A stretch of 52,294 nt of DNA, taken from positions 1 through 52,294 of the forward strand of contig JBAUZZ010000553.1 in the NCBI GenBank assembly GCA_049585495.1, written 5' to 3'. Shown piece after piece: positions 33,407 to 42,419 of this stretch. Source of the stretch: Chthoniobacterales bacterium (GTDB lineage: Bacteria > Verrucomicrobiota > Verrucomicrobiia > Chthoniobacterales > JAFAMB01). Under the pieces are notes generated by a model, which saw nothing but the letters and a program-made list of their open reading frames with translations, had not been told where the DNA came from and did no database searches. The stretch's first letter is position 1. The number at the start of each line of letters is the position of its first letter. The position numbers and the translations under genes were made by a program.

Positions 33407-35431
33407 CTACAGCCGTGCTGCCAACTCCACGAAATATTGCAAGGACCCCGGGTTGGCAACCGCCTCGCGGCTAATGGCTTTGGCCAGCGACGTGCCTTCA
33501 AACAGCCGCTTGACCGGCACTTCCAATTTCTTCCCGTTTAAGGTGTGTGGGATTTCCGGGACGGAAAAAATTGCGTCAGGTACATATCGCGGCGAGAGCT
33601 CTGCGCGTAAATGAGCACAAATAGCCTCGCGAAGCGCATCATTACAGTCGCGACCAGAAGAAAGCACCACGAAAAGCAGAAGCCTTCCAGGAACGGCGTT
33701 CTGCTGGAATCCGGTTGTATCGATCACCAGCGCTTCGAGGACCGCAGGTATTTTTTCAATCACCCGATAGAACTCAGCGGTTCCCATGCGGATGCCGCCA
33801 CGATTCAGGGTCGAGTCGGAGCGCCCATAGATTACGCATTGCCCGTCACCCACCGAGATCTCGATCCAATCCCCATGCCTCCAGATTCCGGGAAAATGTT
33901 CGAAATAGCTCGCCCGCATCCGGCTTCCATCTGGATCATTCCAGAATCGAACCGGCATGCAGGGCATTGGCGCGGTTAGGACTAACTCCCCCACCTCATT
34001 CCAGACGGGCTTGGCATCTTCATTCCAGGCTTCAATGGGTGCGCCAAGGCCGCGGCATTGCAATTTCCCCGCGTAAACGGGCACCAGCGGATTCGAAAGG
34101 ATGAATGCCGTGCAAACATCGGTCCCACCGCTGACTGATCCGAGCCACACATCGGATTTGACTTCGTTATAAACCCAGCGAAAGCCCTCCGGCGGCAAGG
34201 GTGCGCCCGTGGATCCGATGGCACGTAACTGCTTAAGATCCGCGAGTCTTTGCGGGTGAATATTTTCTTTCGCGCACGCCTGCAAAAATGGAGCGCTTGT
34301 GCCGAAATAGGTCATCCCTTCTTCGCCGGCCAACCGCCACAGCACGCCGAAATCTGGATATTTCGGGCTGCCATCGTAAAGAACGATTGTCGTCTTCAGG
34401 GCAAGCCCGGAAATAAGAAAATTCCACATCATCCAGCCGGCGGTTGTGAACCAGAAAAATCGGTCTCCCTCGCGCAAATCAAGATGTAACGACAGAGCCT
34501 TTAGATGCTCCAGCAACATTCCCCCGTGCCCGTGCACAATCGGTTTTGGAATACCGGTCGTGCCTGACGAATAAAGGATCCAGAGGGGGTGCTCAAATTC
34601 GACCGTCTCGAACTCCAGAGCGCCCTCGGCACTTCCCCCCTCGGCCGATGCCGAAAAATCGCGCCAATCCACTGCCAGCCGGGGAGGCAGGAAATTCGTT
34701 AGTTCCGCATCCGGTCGAGACACGTGGACCACCCTTTGAAGCGTAGGCAGCCCAGCGACAATCTCGCCCAGTGCCGATCTCCGATCGTGTATTTTTCCGC
34801 CGTAACGATAACTGGATATGGCGAAAAGCACCTTGGGCTCGATTTGGATTAACCTCTCGAGAACACCCTTGCTGGACAACTCCGGTGGACAACCGGACCA
34901 GATGGCGCCCAGGCTGGCGCTGGCCAGGAAAGCAATCACTGTTTCCGGACAGTTCGGCAGATACCCGGCAACGCGGTCTCCTTTCCTTACGCCAAGTTGT
35001 CGTAAGGCGGCCGCAACCAAGAAGACATGTTGGCCCAATTCCGCGTAAGTAAGCACCGCCCGCCCGGACTCTCCTCCTGGCTCGGGTTCGGTCCGCGCAA
35101 TGATGGCAACCCGATCGGGGAACTCCGATCGACCGCGCAACAAGTGTGCGGCGTAGTTCAGGGTCGCACCCGGGAACCAGTGCGCGCCAAGCGGCTTTTC
35201 GCCGACCAAAATTTCCTCCGGCTGCCGTTCGAACTGCACTGCAAAATATTCCGCTATCGATTTCCAGAACGGCCCGATTTGTGTCACTGACCAATCATAA
35301 AGTTCACGATAGTTGCTGCAGTGGACACCATAATGTTCGCTTACCCAGCGTTGATACCGAGCCAGATTGCTCTCAGTGAAGGCCGAAGCAGGCGGATGCC
35401 ATAAAGCTTCTGCAGGGGAAACGGGGTCCAT
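33407..35431 (-). CDS. acetoacetate-CoA ligase (acetoacetyl-CoA synthetase)
   Basis: 674 aa. N-terminus LWHPP...SNLARYQRWV...YRELYDWSV..IGPFW, YSSGTTGIPKPIVH AMP-binding motif, YGRSD.TLN.GG.R.G..E. Confidence 0.92.
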   Translation of the reverse strand: MDPVSPAEALWHPPASAFTESNLARYQRWVSEHYGVHCSNYRELYDWSVTQIGPFWKSIAEYFAVQFERQPEEILVGEKPLGAHWFPGATLNYAAHLLRGRSEFPDRVAIIARTEPEPGGESGRAVLTYAELGQHVFLVAAALRQLGVRKGDRVAGYLPNCPETVIAFLASASLGAIWSGCPPELSSKGVLERLIQIEPKVLFAISSYRYGGKIHDRRSALGEIVAGLPTLQRVVHVSRPDAELTNFLPPRLAVDWRDFSASAEGGSAEGALEFETVEFEHPLWILYSSGTTGIPKPIVHGHGGMLLEHLKALSLHLDLREGDRFFWFTTAGWMMWNFLISGLALKTTIVLYDGSPKYPDFGVLWRLAGEEGMTYFGTSAPFLQACAKENIHPQRLADLKQLRAIGSTGAPLPPEGFRWVYNEVKSDVWLGSVSGGTDVCTAFILSNPLVPVYAGKLQCRGLGAPIEAWNEDAKPVWNEVGELVLTAPMPCMPVRFWNDPDGSRMRASYFEHFPGIWRHGDWIEISVGDGQCVIYGRSDSTLNRGGIRMGTAEFYRVIEKIPAVLEALVIDTTGFQQNAVPGRLLLFVVLSSGRDCNDALREAICAHLRAELSPRYVPDAIFSVPEIPHTLNGKKLEVPVKRLFEGTSLAKAISREAVANPGSLQYFVELAARL

Positions 35432-35528
35432 AGTCGACGCGTCTGATTAGCGGGCAAGCTTACCGTATCGAGCCAGTATGTTTTCGCAAGAGACCGCCTT
35501 GGGCGGATCGTATCGCGTTGCGGCAGAG

Positions 35529-35620
35529 TCGGCGGCTGCTCTGCCGGAGCTTCGCCCTCCAGTGACGTTTTCCCTGGCATTTCAGCGATTAGGGCGAAGC
35601 TCCGGCTGAGCCGCTGCCGA
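35529..35620. repeat. REP doublet of the GGGCGAAGCTCC family, heads inward
   Basis: tcggcggctgctctgccggagcttcgccctccag (35529-35562) and tagggcgaagctccggctgagccgctgccga (35590-35620). Confidence 0.8.
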
Positions 35621-35732
35621 CCCTGCTGCACACCGAAATCCCCCAACCGCTTGACAAATGCTTTTCATCGCGCTTCATCTATGCTCCTTCCCGATTAGTC
35701 AGATCTAGAGATGATGTCGCGACCCTCCCCCT

Positions 35733-36686
35733 ATGATCACCGTTGAGAAGTTGACCAAGAGTTTCGGACCGAAACTCGCGGTTGATCACCTGACGTTCAG
35801 CGTTGCCAAAGGCGAAGTCCTGGGATTCCTCGGGCCCAATGGCGCCGGCAAATCAACCAGCATGCGAATGATCACAGGATATCTCCCGCCGAGCGACGGA
35901 AAAGTCGCAGTGTGCGGTTTCGACGTCGGCGAACAGCCGTTGGAGGCTCGTCGGAAGGTTGGCTACCTCCCGGAGAACGCACCGATCTACGGCGACATGT
36001 CGGTGCTCGGCTTTCTCGAGTTCTGTGCCGAGCTGCGCGGGCTGTTCGGAGTGGCGAAGAAGCAAGCCATCGAGCGCGTGGTTGAGCTCTGTGTGCTCGA
36101 GCGCGTACTGCACCAGAGCGTAGATACATTATCGAAGGGCTATCGGCACCGGACTTGCCTCGCGCAAGCACTCATTCACGACCCGGACGTGCTCATCCTG
36201 GATGAGCCGACGGACGGCCTGGATCCAAATCAGAAACACGAAGTGCGATCCCTGATCAAGCGCATGGGCCAGGAGAAAGCGATTATTTTTTCCACGCACA
36301 TCCTGGAAGAAGTTGAAGCCGCGTGTACCCGCGCGCTTATCATCGACCAGGGAAAGATTGTCGCCAACGGCACTCCTGATGAACTAAAGGCGCGCGCGCC
36401 GCTGGCCGGCACCCTGATTCTCGGACTCCGCAGCCTCCGCTGGGCGCAGCTCCAAACCCAGCTCGAGCCGCTGACCAGCCTCGAGCGGGCCGAGCTTCTT
36501 TCGGAGGATGTTTCCGGCCTCACGGCGAGGCTTTATCCCAAAGGCGCCAAAGGGACCCTGTTGCCCGAGCTTGTTAGTCTGGCACATCGCAACAGCTGGA
36601 ACGTCGAACATCTCAACGTCGACGAGGGTCGATTGGACGACGTTTTCCGTTCCATCACTTTGCCCGATACCAAGAGCATCGCATGA
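35733..36686 (+). CDS. ABC transporter ATP-binding protein (GldA-like)
   Basis: Walker A GPNGAGKST, signature LSKGYRHR, Walker B LILDEPT. Confidence 0.92.
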   Translation: MITVEKLTKSFGPKLAVDHLTFSVAKGEVLGFLGPNGAGKSTSMRMITGYLPPSDGKVAVCGFDVGEQPLEARRKVGYLPENAPIYGDMSVLGFLEFCAELRGLFGVAKKQAIERVVELCVLERVLHQSVDTLSKGYRHRTCLAQALIHDPDVLILDEPTDGLDPNQKHEVRSLIKRMGQEKAIIFSTHILEEVEAACTRALIIDQGKIVANGTPDELKARAPLAGTLILGLRSLRWAQLQTQLEPLTSLERAELLSEDVSGLTARLYPKGAKGTLLPELVSLAHRNSWNVEHLNVDEGRLDDVFRSITLPDTKSIA

Positions 36687-37414
36687 AGGCTATATGGACC
36701 ATCGCTAAACGCGAGCTTGGCGCCTACTTCACTTCGCCAGTCGCGTACGTATTTATCGTAATCTTTCTTTTGCTGGCCGGATTCTTCACTTTGCTGGTCG
36801 GGCGCTTCTTCGAAAGAGGCGTAGCGGATTTGTTGCCCTTTTTCGTTTGGCATCCCTGGCTTTATCTTTTCCTGGTGCCCGCAGTCGGGATGCGGCTGTG
36901 GTCTGAAGAACTGAGACTTGGCACAATCGAACTACTATTGACGATGCCGGTTACACCCTGGCAAGCGATCCTGGGTAAGTTTCTGGCAAGCTGGCTGTTT
37001 CTATTGTTGGCGTTATTTCTAACGTTTCCGCTTGTGCTGACGGTCGCCTATCTCGGCCACCCTGACCTTGGAGCGATTCTCGCCGGCTATGCAGGTAGTG
37101 CTCTGCTAGCGGGGGGATTTCTGGCGATCACCTGCCTGACCTCGGCGCTCACCAGGAACCAGGTGATCAGTTTCGTCCTGTCGGTCGTAATCTGTTTATT
37201 CCTGATCCTGTCCGGCTGGCCGCCGGTTACAGATACCGTGATCAACTGGGCGCCAGCCTGGCTGGTCGATGCTCTGGCGTCGGTTGGTGTGATGACTCAC
37301 TTTGATGGATTTCAACGCGGCGTCGTCGACAGCTGCGACCTGCTCTTCTTCCTCAGTATAATGGTGTTCTTTCTCTTCACTACCAGCGTAGTCCTCCGCG
37401 CGCGTCGCGCCTGA
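36683..37414 (+). CDS. ABC-2 type permease (GldF-like)
   Basis: 243 aa, 6 TM, ATGA overlap with the ATPase stop. Confidence 0.85.
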   Translation: MKAIWTIAKRELGAYFTSPVAYVFIVIFLLLAGFFTLLVGRFFERGVADLLPFFVWHPWLYLFLVPAVGMRLWSEELRLGTIELLLTMPVTPWQAILGKFLASWLFLLLALFLTFPLVLTVAYLGHPDLGAILAGYAGSALLAGGFLAITCLTSALTRNQVISFVLSVVICLFLILSGWPPVTDTVINWAPAWLVDALASVGVMTHFDGFQRGVVDSCDLLFFLSIMVFFLFTTSVVLRARRA

Positions 37415-37417
37415 TGT

Positions 37418-39334
37418 ATGAAAAAAGTTGAGAGCTGGCTTTATTCGGTGCTCGGCGTTGTCGCCGTATTGGTGATCCTGATTGCGATCAACTTGCTTGG
37501 TAACCTTCTCAAGTTTCGTTCTGATCTGACCGAGAACAAACTCTATACCTTGTCCGAGGGGACTAAGCGCATCCTCGGCAAACTCGATACCGAAGTTGAG
37601 ATGCGCTTTTACTTTAGCAAGGACAATGCGGCGATGCCCGTCCCTCTGCGCACCTACGCGCAGCAGGTCGAGGATCTTCTCTCCGAGTACGTGCAGAACA
37701 GTCACGGCAAAATTAAAGTCAAGAAACTTGATCCGATACCGGATTCGGACGCGGAAGATTCGGCGAATCTCGACGGCGTGGACGGTCAGGCTATCAATCT
37801 CACGGACAAGGTTTATCTTGGACTGGCTGTGAGTTGCCTGGATGCAAAGGCGTCCATTCCGTTTCTCAGTCCGGATCGCGAGGCGTTGCTCGAGTATGAC
37901 ATTTCCCGAGCGATCTCGAGCGTAATCAATCCAAAGAAGACGGTCATCGGGGTGATGAGCGCCTTACCCGTTACCGGGCAGGCGTCGCCTATGATGATGC
38001 TCCAACGGCAACAGCCTAGCCGGCCCTGGGTACTTCTCACCGAGTTGAAACAAAATTACGAGGTCCGCAACGTCCCGCTGACTGCCGATAAAATCGACGA
38101 CGACCTTTCGGTTCTTGTGCTGATCCATCCGAAAGGGATCACCGAGCAGGCGCAGTTTGCGATCGATCAATATCTGTTGCGCGGAGGCAAGTTGGTTGCC
38201 TTGCTCGACCCGCTTTCATTTGTCGACTCCCAATTGAGCGGCCAGGGCGGAATGATGAACGGGCAGAGTTTTTCCTCGAGTCTCGATAAACTTCTTCCAG
38301 CCTGGGGCCTCAAGTTTACCGACCATGAGGTGGTCGGTGATTCGGTATTTGCCACTCAGGTCCAGCGGGAGAGCGGCTCCACGTCAGATCCTACCATTCT
38401 CTCCATTACCGCCGATGGGTTAAATAAGAAGGACCCGCTCGGGGCCGTGACGAATGATTTGCTTATACCATTTGCAGGTGCTTTCACCGGGACGCCAGCC
38501 GTGGGTCTCAAAGAGGAGGTGCTGGTCACAACGTCGAAAGAAGCGGGACTGGTTGACATTATGACGGCTCAAATGGGGGCGGACGCTGTCCGCAAGGAGC
38601 TCAAGGCCCACAACGGCCAGTTTGCCCTTGCCGTCAGATTAACTGGCAGGTTCAAGACGGCCTTCCCTAGTGGGCCGCCCACTGGTTCGGAGAAGGAGCA
38701 GGCAAAGCCGGACCCGAGTCCTGCGCCGGTTCCATCCCCGTCACCCTCAGCCGCTCCCCCAGCCCTGAAAGAGGGTAAAGCCGACGCCGTTGTCGTGCTC
38801 GTCGGTGATTCCGACCTTGTCTATGACGGCATTGCTGGTCGCACCGAGCAGGCCCTCAATCAGACCATATTTGTTCCCTCCAATGGCAACCTCAACTTTA
38901 TTCAGAGCTGTATCGAGGAGCTCGCCGGCGACTCCAATTTGATCGGAATCCGTAGCCGCGCCTCAGGAAACCGGCCGTTTGTCGTCGTGAATAAAATGGA
39001 GGCGAGGGCCGAAGAAAAGTACCAAAGCAAGATTGACGAGCTTGAGACCAGCCTTGCTGACACGCGTCAAAAACTGTCGGAGCTGCAAAGCGGGAAGCAG
39101 ACCGATGAGAAAATGGTCTTGTCTCCGGAGCAGCAAGCCGAGATTAAGAAGTTTCACGCGAGCGAGGCCAACATCAACCAGGAGCTGAAACAGGTTCGCA
39201 AGAACTTACGGCAAGAGATCGACTCCCTGCAGAACAACTTAAAGTGGTTGAACCTCTTTGGCATGCCGGCACTGGTCACCATCGTTGGACTCACCTTGGC
39301 CGGAGTGAAACGTCGAAAGCGCGCGGCTCGATGA
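37418..39334 (+). CDS. GldG-family ABC transport auxiliary protein
   Basis: 638 aa with N- and C-terminal TM anchors, a large periplasmic domain, a Pro/Ser linker and a C-terminal coiled segment. Gene order is ATPase-permease-GldG. Confidence 0.82.
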   Translation: MKKVESWLYSVLGVVAVLVILIAINLLGNLLKFRSDLTENKLYTLSEGTKRILGKLDTEVEMRFYFSKDNAAMPVPLRTYAQQVEDLLSEYVQNSHGKIKVKKLDPIPDSDAEDSANLDGVDGQAINLTDKVYLGLAVSCLDAKASIPFLSPDREALLEYDISRAISSVINPKKTVIGVMSALPVTGQASPMMMLQRQQPSRPWVLLTELKQNYEVRNVPLTADKIDDDLSVLVLIHPKGITEQAQFAIDQYLLRGGKLVALLDPLSFVDSQLSGQGGMMNGQSFSSSLDKLLPAWGLKFTDHEVVGDSVFATQVQRESGSTSDPTILSITADGLNKKDPLGAVTNDLLIPFAGAFTGTPAVGLKEEVLVTTSKEAGLVDIMTAQMGADAVRKELKAHNGQFALAVRLTGRFKTAFPSGPPTGSEKEQAKPDPSPAPVPSPSPSAAPPALKEGKADAVVVLVGDSDLVYDGIAGRTEQALNQTIFVPSNGNLNFIQSCIEELAGDSNLIGIRSRASGNRPFVVVNKMEARAEEKYQSKIDELETSLADTRQKLSELQSGKQTDEKMVLSPEQQAEIKKFHASEANINQELKQVRKNLRQEIDSLQNNLKWLNLFGMPALVTIVGLTLAGVKRRKRAAR

Positions 39335-40518
39335 AACGAAAGCACTTTCTCATCCTTCTGATCATTGCCGTTATTCTGGCGCTGGGAGGGACGGCTTATC
39401 AACTCTCACAGTCGGCCGGCTGGAGCACGGCAAAGACCGATCGAGAGATGTTTCCAAATCTGGCTATCAACGATGTCGCCAAAATTCAGATCAGGACGGG
39501 CAGCGACAACTTGACGCTTCAAAGAGAAAACGGTGATTGGCGGATTGCGGAGCGTGGCGGCTACCCTGCTGATTTCGCGAAAATTCGGGACTTGATTCGT
39601 TCTCTCTGGGAGTTGAAAGCAGTGCGAGAAATGCAAGTCGGCCCTACGCAATTTGGCCGTCTGCAGATTTCGCCGCCTGGGACAACAGAGAAAGCCGGCA
39701 TCCAAATTGATCTGGCGGACAGCAATGGAAAGCCCATCAGCACCCTGATTCTTGGAAAGAAGCTGGAGCAAAACGAGGAATCCACGGTGCCTGGGCCGGC
39801 GGGCCGTTTCGTTTTCAATCCGTCGCATCCGGACCGAGTCGACATCGTTTCTGAAGGCTTTTTCAGCGTTGACCCGCTGGTTATCGGCCAATGGCTGGAT
39901 AAAGCGTTCGTCTCAACCGACAGCCTGAAAGAGATCACGCAGACAGGAGCAGATCCGAAGACGGGCTGGAAACTGGCGCGAGCCAACGACAAAACTGAGT
40001 GGAAGTTGGAGGATGCCGGTGCGAACGAAACGGTAAAAAAAGAGTTCGCGAGCAGCCTGGCCGGTTTTCACCCTGGAATCACTGATGTTCGACCGGCGAA
40101 TACAGCGCTGGAACAAACTGGCTTGCAACAACCTATCGCGGTGGATTTGACAACGTTCGATGGTTTCGAATACCGGCTGGCCATCGGGAAGGAGGGGTCG
40201 GAAAAATCCCGCTACCTGCAGGTGAAAGTAGCTGGGCATTTCGATGAGGTGCGATCACCAGAACCGAACGAAAAACCCGAAGACAAGCAGAAACGGGACG
40301 ATGAGTTCAAGAAGCACCTCGATGATCTGAGACAGCGCCTGGAGAAAGAACAGAAATTTGAGCACTGGATCTACCTGGTGCCAGAGTGGAGCGTGGAGCA
40401 GCTTCTGAAGCCGCGCAACGAAGTGGTTGCGACGGCCGCACCGGCCCCTAGTTCTGGGGCGCCGCCAGCTCAGCCGGCTTCCCCTTCCCCGACTCCGAAC
40501 GCGTCACCGGCGCCGTGA
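39331..40518 (+). CDS. DUF4340-like protein (GldG-associated)
   Basis: ORF 39244-40518 trimmed to the ATG at 39331 (ATGA overlap). Signal anchor MKRKHFLILLIIAVILALGG. This position after GldG is typical of DUF4340. Confidence 0.72.
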   Translation: MKRKHFLILLIIAVILALGGTAYQLSQSAGWSTAKTDREMFPNLAINDVAKIQIRTGSDNLTLQRENGDWRIAERGGYPADFAKIRDLIRSLWELKAVREMQVGPTQFGRLQISPPGTTEKAGIQIDLADSNGKPISTLILGKKLEQNEESTVPGPAGRFVFNPSHPDRVDIVSEGFFSVDPLVIGQWLDKAFVSTDSLKEITQTGADPKTGWKLARANDKTEWKLEDAGANETVKKEFASSLAGFHPGITDVRPANTALEQTGLQQPIAVDLTTFDGFEYRLAIGKEGSEKSRYLQVKVAGHFDEVRSPEPNEKPEDKQKRDDEFKKHLDDLRQRLEKEQKFEHWIYLVPEWSVEQLLKPRNEVVATAAPAPSSGAPPAQPASPSPTPNASPAP

Positions 40519-40519
40519 C

Positions 40520-40649
40520 GCTGCGAAGCATCACGGGTTTGTAGGGCGCGTGGCTCACGCGCTTGAACTAGGGGTCTTTAATTTTATTTACCGAGCAAGC
40601 TCTCCTGATCCGGGCAAGGATGACCCAGCGGCTGACCCAGCCGCCCTGC
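40520..40649 (+). repeat. ~130-nt REPIN-like unit, upstream inverted copy flanking dgt
   Basis: gctgcgaagcatcacgggtttGTAGGGCGCGTGGCTCACGCGC...ggtctttaattttatttaccgagcaagctctcctgatccgggcaaggatg...GGCTGACCCAGCCGCCCTGC. Its reverse complement recurs at 41988-42101. Confidence 0.88.
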
Positions 40650-40713
40650 AAGCTTACAAAATCTTTGTTTCCTACTGTGTTCTCAGACCAATCTGTGGTC
40701 TACTCCTGGAGCG

Positions 40714-41979
40714 GTGACACGCTTGAATTCGAATGGCTTTTACAATCAGTTCGATCTCGCCTGCCGGGAACATCGCGAGCCGGACGATTATCGGACGCCC
40801 TTCCAAACCGATCGCGACCGAATCATCTACAGCTCGGCGTTTCGGCGCTTACAGGCAAAAACGCAGGTCTTTCTTTCCGGCGAGTTTGATTTCTATCGGA
40901 CCCGGTTAACTCATTCACTGGAGGTGGCACAAATTGGGCGCGCCATCTGCTCGTACCTGCAACAGACCTCGCCGTATCTGAATGATGACTTTTATATTGA
41001 CCCCGATCTGGTTGAAGCGATTTGCCTGGCTCACGATCTGGGCCACTCTCCCTTTGGTCACGCTGGCGAAAGAACACTCCACCAATTGATGTTGCCCTTC
41101 GGCGGCTTCGAAGGAAACGCACAGAGCTTGCGGATTATCGCAGAGACCATCTACCCCGGTCTTGAGTCGCGACGTGGGATGAATCCGACACGCGCCTTCT
41201 TCGATGGGATTTTAAAGTATAAGTCTCTGTTCCGGGAAAACCCGTCGGCCAGCAACCACTTTATCTACGACGAACAGCTCTTTTTGCGTGATTTTGTCTG
41301 GCCGGATATAAGCCCCGGTGGCGGCTCGGATCGATACCAGTACCGAAGTCTCGAGTGCGAACTCATGGACTGGGCGGACGACACAGCTTATTGTCTGAAC
41401 GATCTGGTCGATGGCATCAACGCTGGCTTTCTTCGCCTGGAACGGGTGGAGCGCTGGGCAGAACGGCAAACTTTAGCTGGCGATCAGGCTCGCCATGCCG
41501 CATCAGTCTTGTCCGCCATCAGGGAGCACAAAGCAGAAGCCAGATTCAGTCGTCGTATTGGGCTTTTTATTCGATCAACCTCGTTGGTGGAACGATCCAC
41601 GCCGTTCTCGACCGCCAGCAGCAGGTACCGATTTGGGCTTTTCGTCGACCCGTCGATCCGCGCTGAGGCCGATCTCTATAAAAAGCTGTCCCAAGATCTG
41701 GTCTTTGATCACTCGCAGTTGCACCAACTCGAGCGCAAAGGGCGCATTATCCTGGAAGGGATTTTCGCTGCGTTTGCTGAAAGCTACTTAACCAATGCCG
41801 GGTTTGGTCTCCGGCTTTTACCCGAGGCTTTTGATCGGATTATTCGCTCCAAGCCTGACCGTCGCGTCCGAGCCCGGCTGCTCTGTGACTATGTGGCAGG
41901 GATGACAGACGGTTTCGCGCTTCGAACTTATAAGCGTTTGTTCGACCCCGATTTTGGGTCCATCCTCGATCTCGGCTGA
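40714..41979 (+). CDS. dgt: dGTP triphosphohydrolase-like HD-domain protein
   Basis: GTG start. YRTPFQTDRDRIIYSSAFRRLQAKTQVF, RLTHSLEVAQIGR, CLAHDLGHSPFGHAGE (HD motif). Confidence 0.9.
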   Translation: MTRLNSNGFYNQFDLACREHREPDDYRTPFQTDRDRIIYSSAFRRLQAKTQVFLSGEFDFYRTRLTHSLEVAQIGRAICSYLQQTSPYLNDDFYIDPDLVEAICLAHDLGHSPFGHAGERTLHQLMLPFGGFEGNAQSLRIIAETIYPGLESRRGMNPTRAFFDGILKYKSLFRENPSASNHFIYDEQLFLRDFVWPDISPGGGSDRYQYRSLECELMDWADDTAYCLNDLVDGINAGFLRLERVERWAERQTLAGDQARHAASVLSAIREHKAEARFSRRIGLFIRSTSLVERSTPFSTASSRYRFGLFVDPSIRAEADLYKKLSQDLVFDHSQLHQLERKGRIILEGIFAAFAESYLTNAGFGLRLLPEAFDRIIRSKPDRRVRARLLCDYVAGMTDGFALRTYKRLFDPDFGSILDLG

Positions 41980-41987
41980 CTCGGCTT

Positions 41988-42101
41988 GTAGGGCGGCTGG
42001 GTCCATCCCTGCCCAGATCAGGAGAGCTTGCTCGATAAGTAAAATTAAAGACCTTCCGGCGCGTGAGCCACGCGCCCTACAAACCGGCATGCTTCGCAGC
42101 G
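41988..42101 (-). repeat. ~115-nt REPIN-like unit, downstream inverted copy flanking dgt
   Basis: GTAGGGCGGCTGGGTCcatccctgcccagatcaggagagcttgctcgataagtaaaattaaagacc...GCGCGTGAGCCACGCGCCCTACaaaccggcatgcttcgcagcg. Confidence 0.88.
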
Positions 42102-42419
42102 TAATTGTACAGTCCTGTGCGCGGCCGTCCGAACTTCACCCGAAATACCGTGAATAACTGTGTATAATTTTTGCGTCAAAAGAGTTCTGCGGGGCTCTTC
42201 GCCAACCGTGCCGCATTTATCCACAAGGAAGGATTCGGTGCAAATCAAGTCTGGGCGCCCTCGCTGAACGGCTGGGGCGAGTAATTCACAGCATGAAGAT
42301 TAAGAAGTCCTGATGACCAAAAGAGACGAACTTCACCACGAATTTGTTAATAAAGAGCACTGGTGCTGTCATGAAAGATCGGTGGACGTCTAACAGCCCT
42401 ATGATTACGCTGTTGAAAG

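Noticed and set aside
35651-35685. Sigma-70-like promoter for the GldA-like operon (TTGACA at 35651-35656)
   Set aside because: The best -10-like hexamer (TATGCT, 35680-35685) is 23 nt away, so the geometry is wrong, and the promoter consensus for this lineage is unknown.
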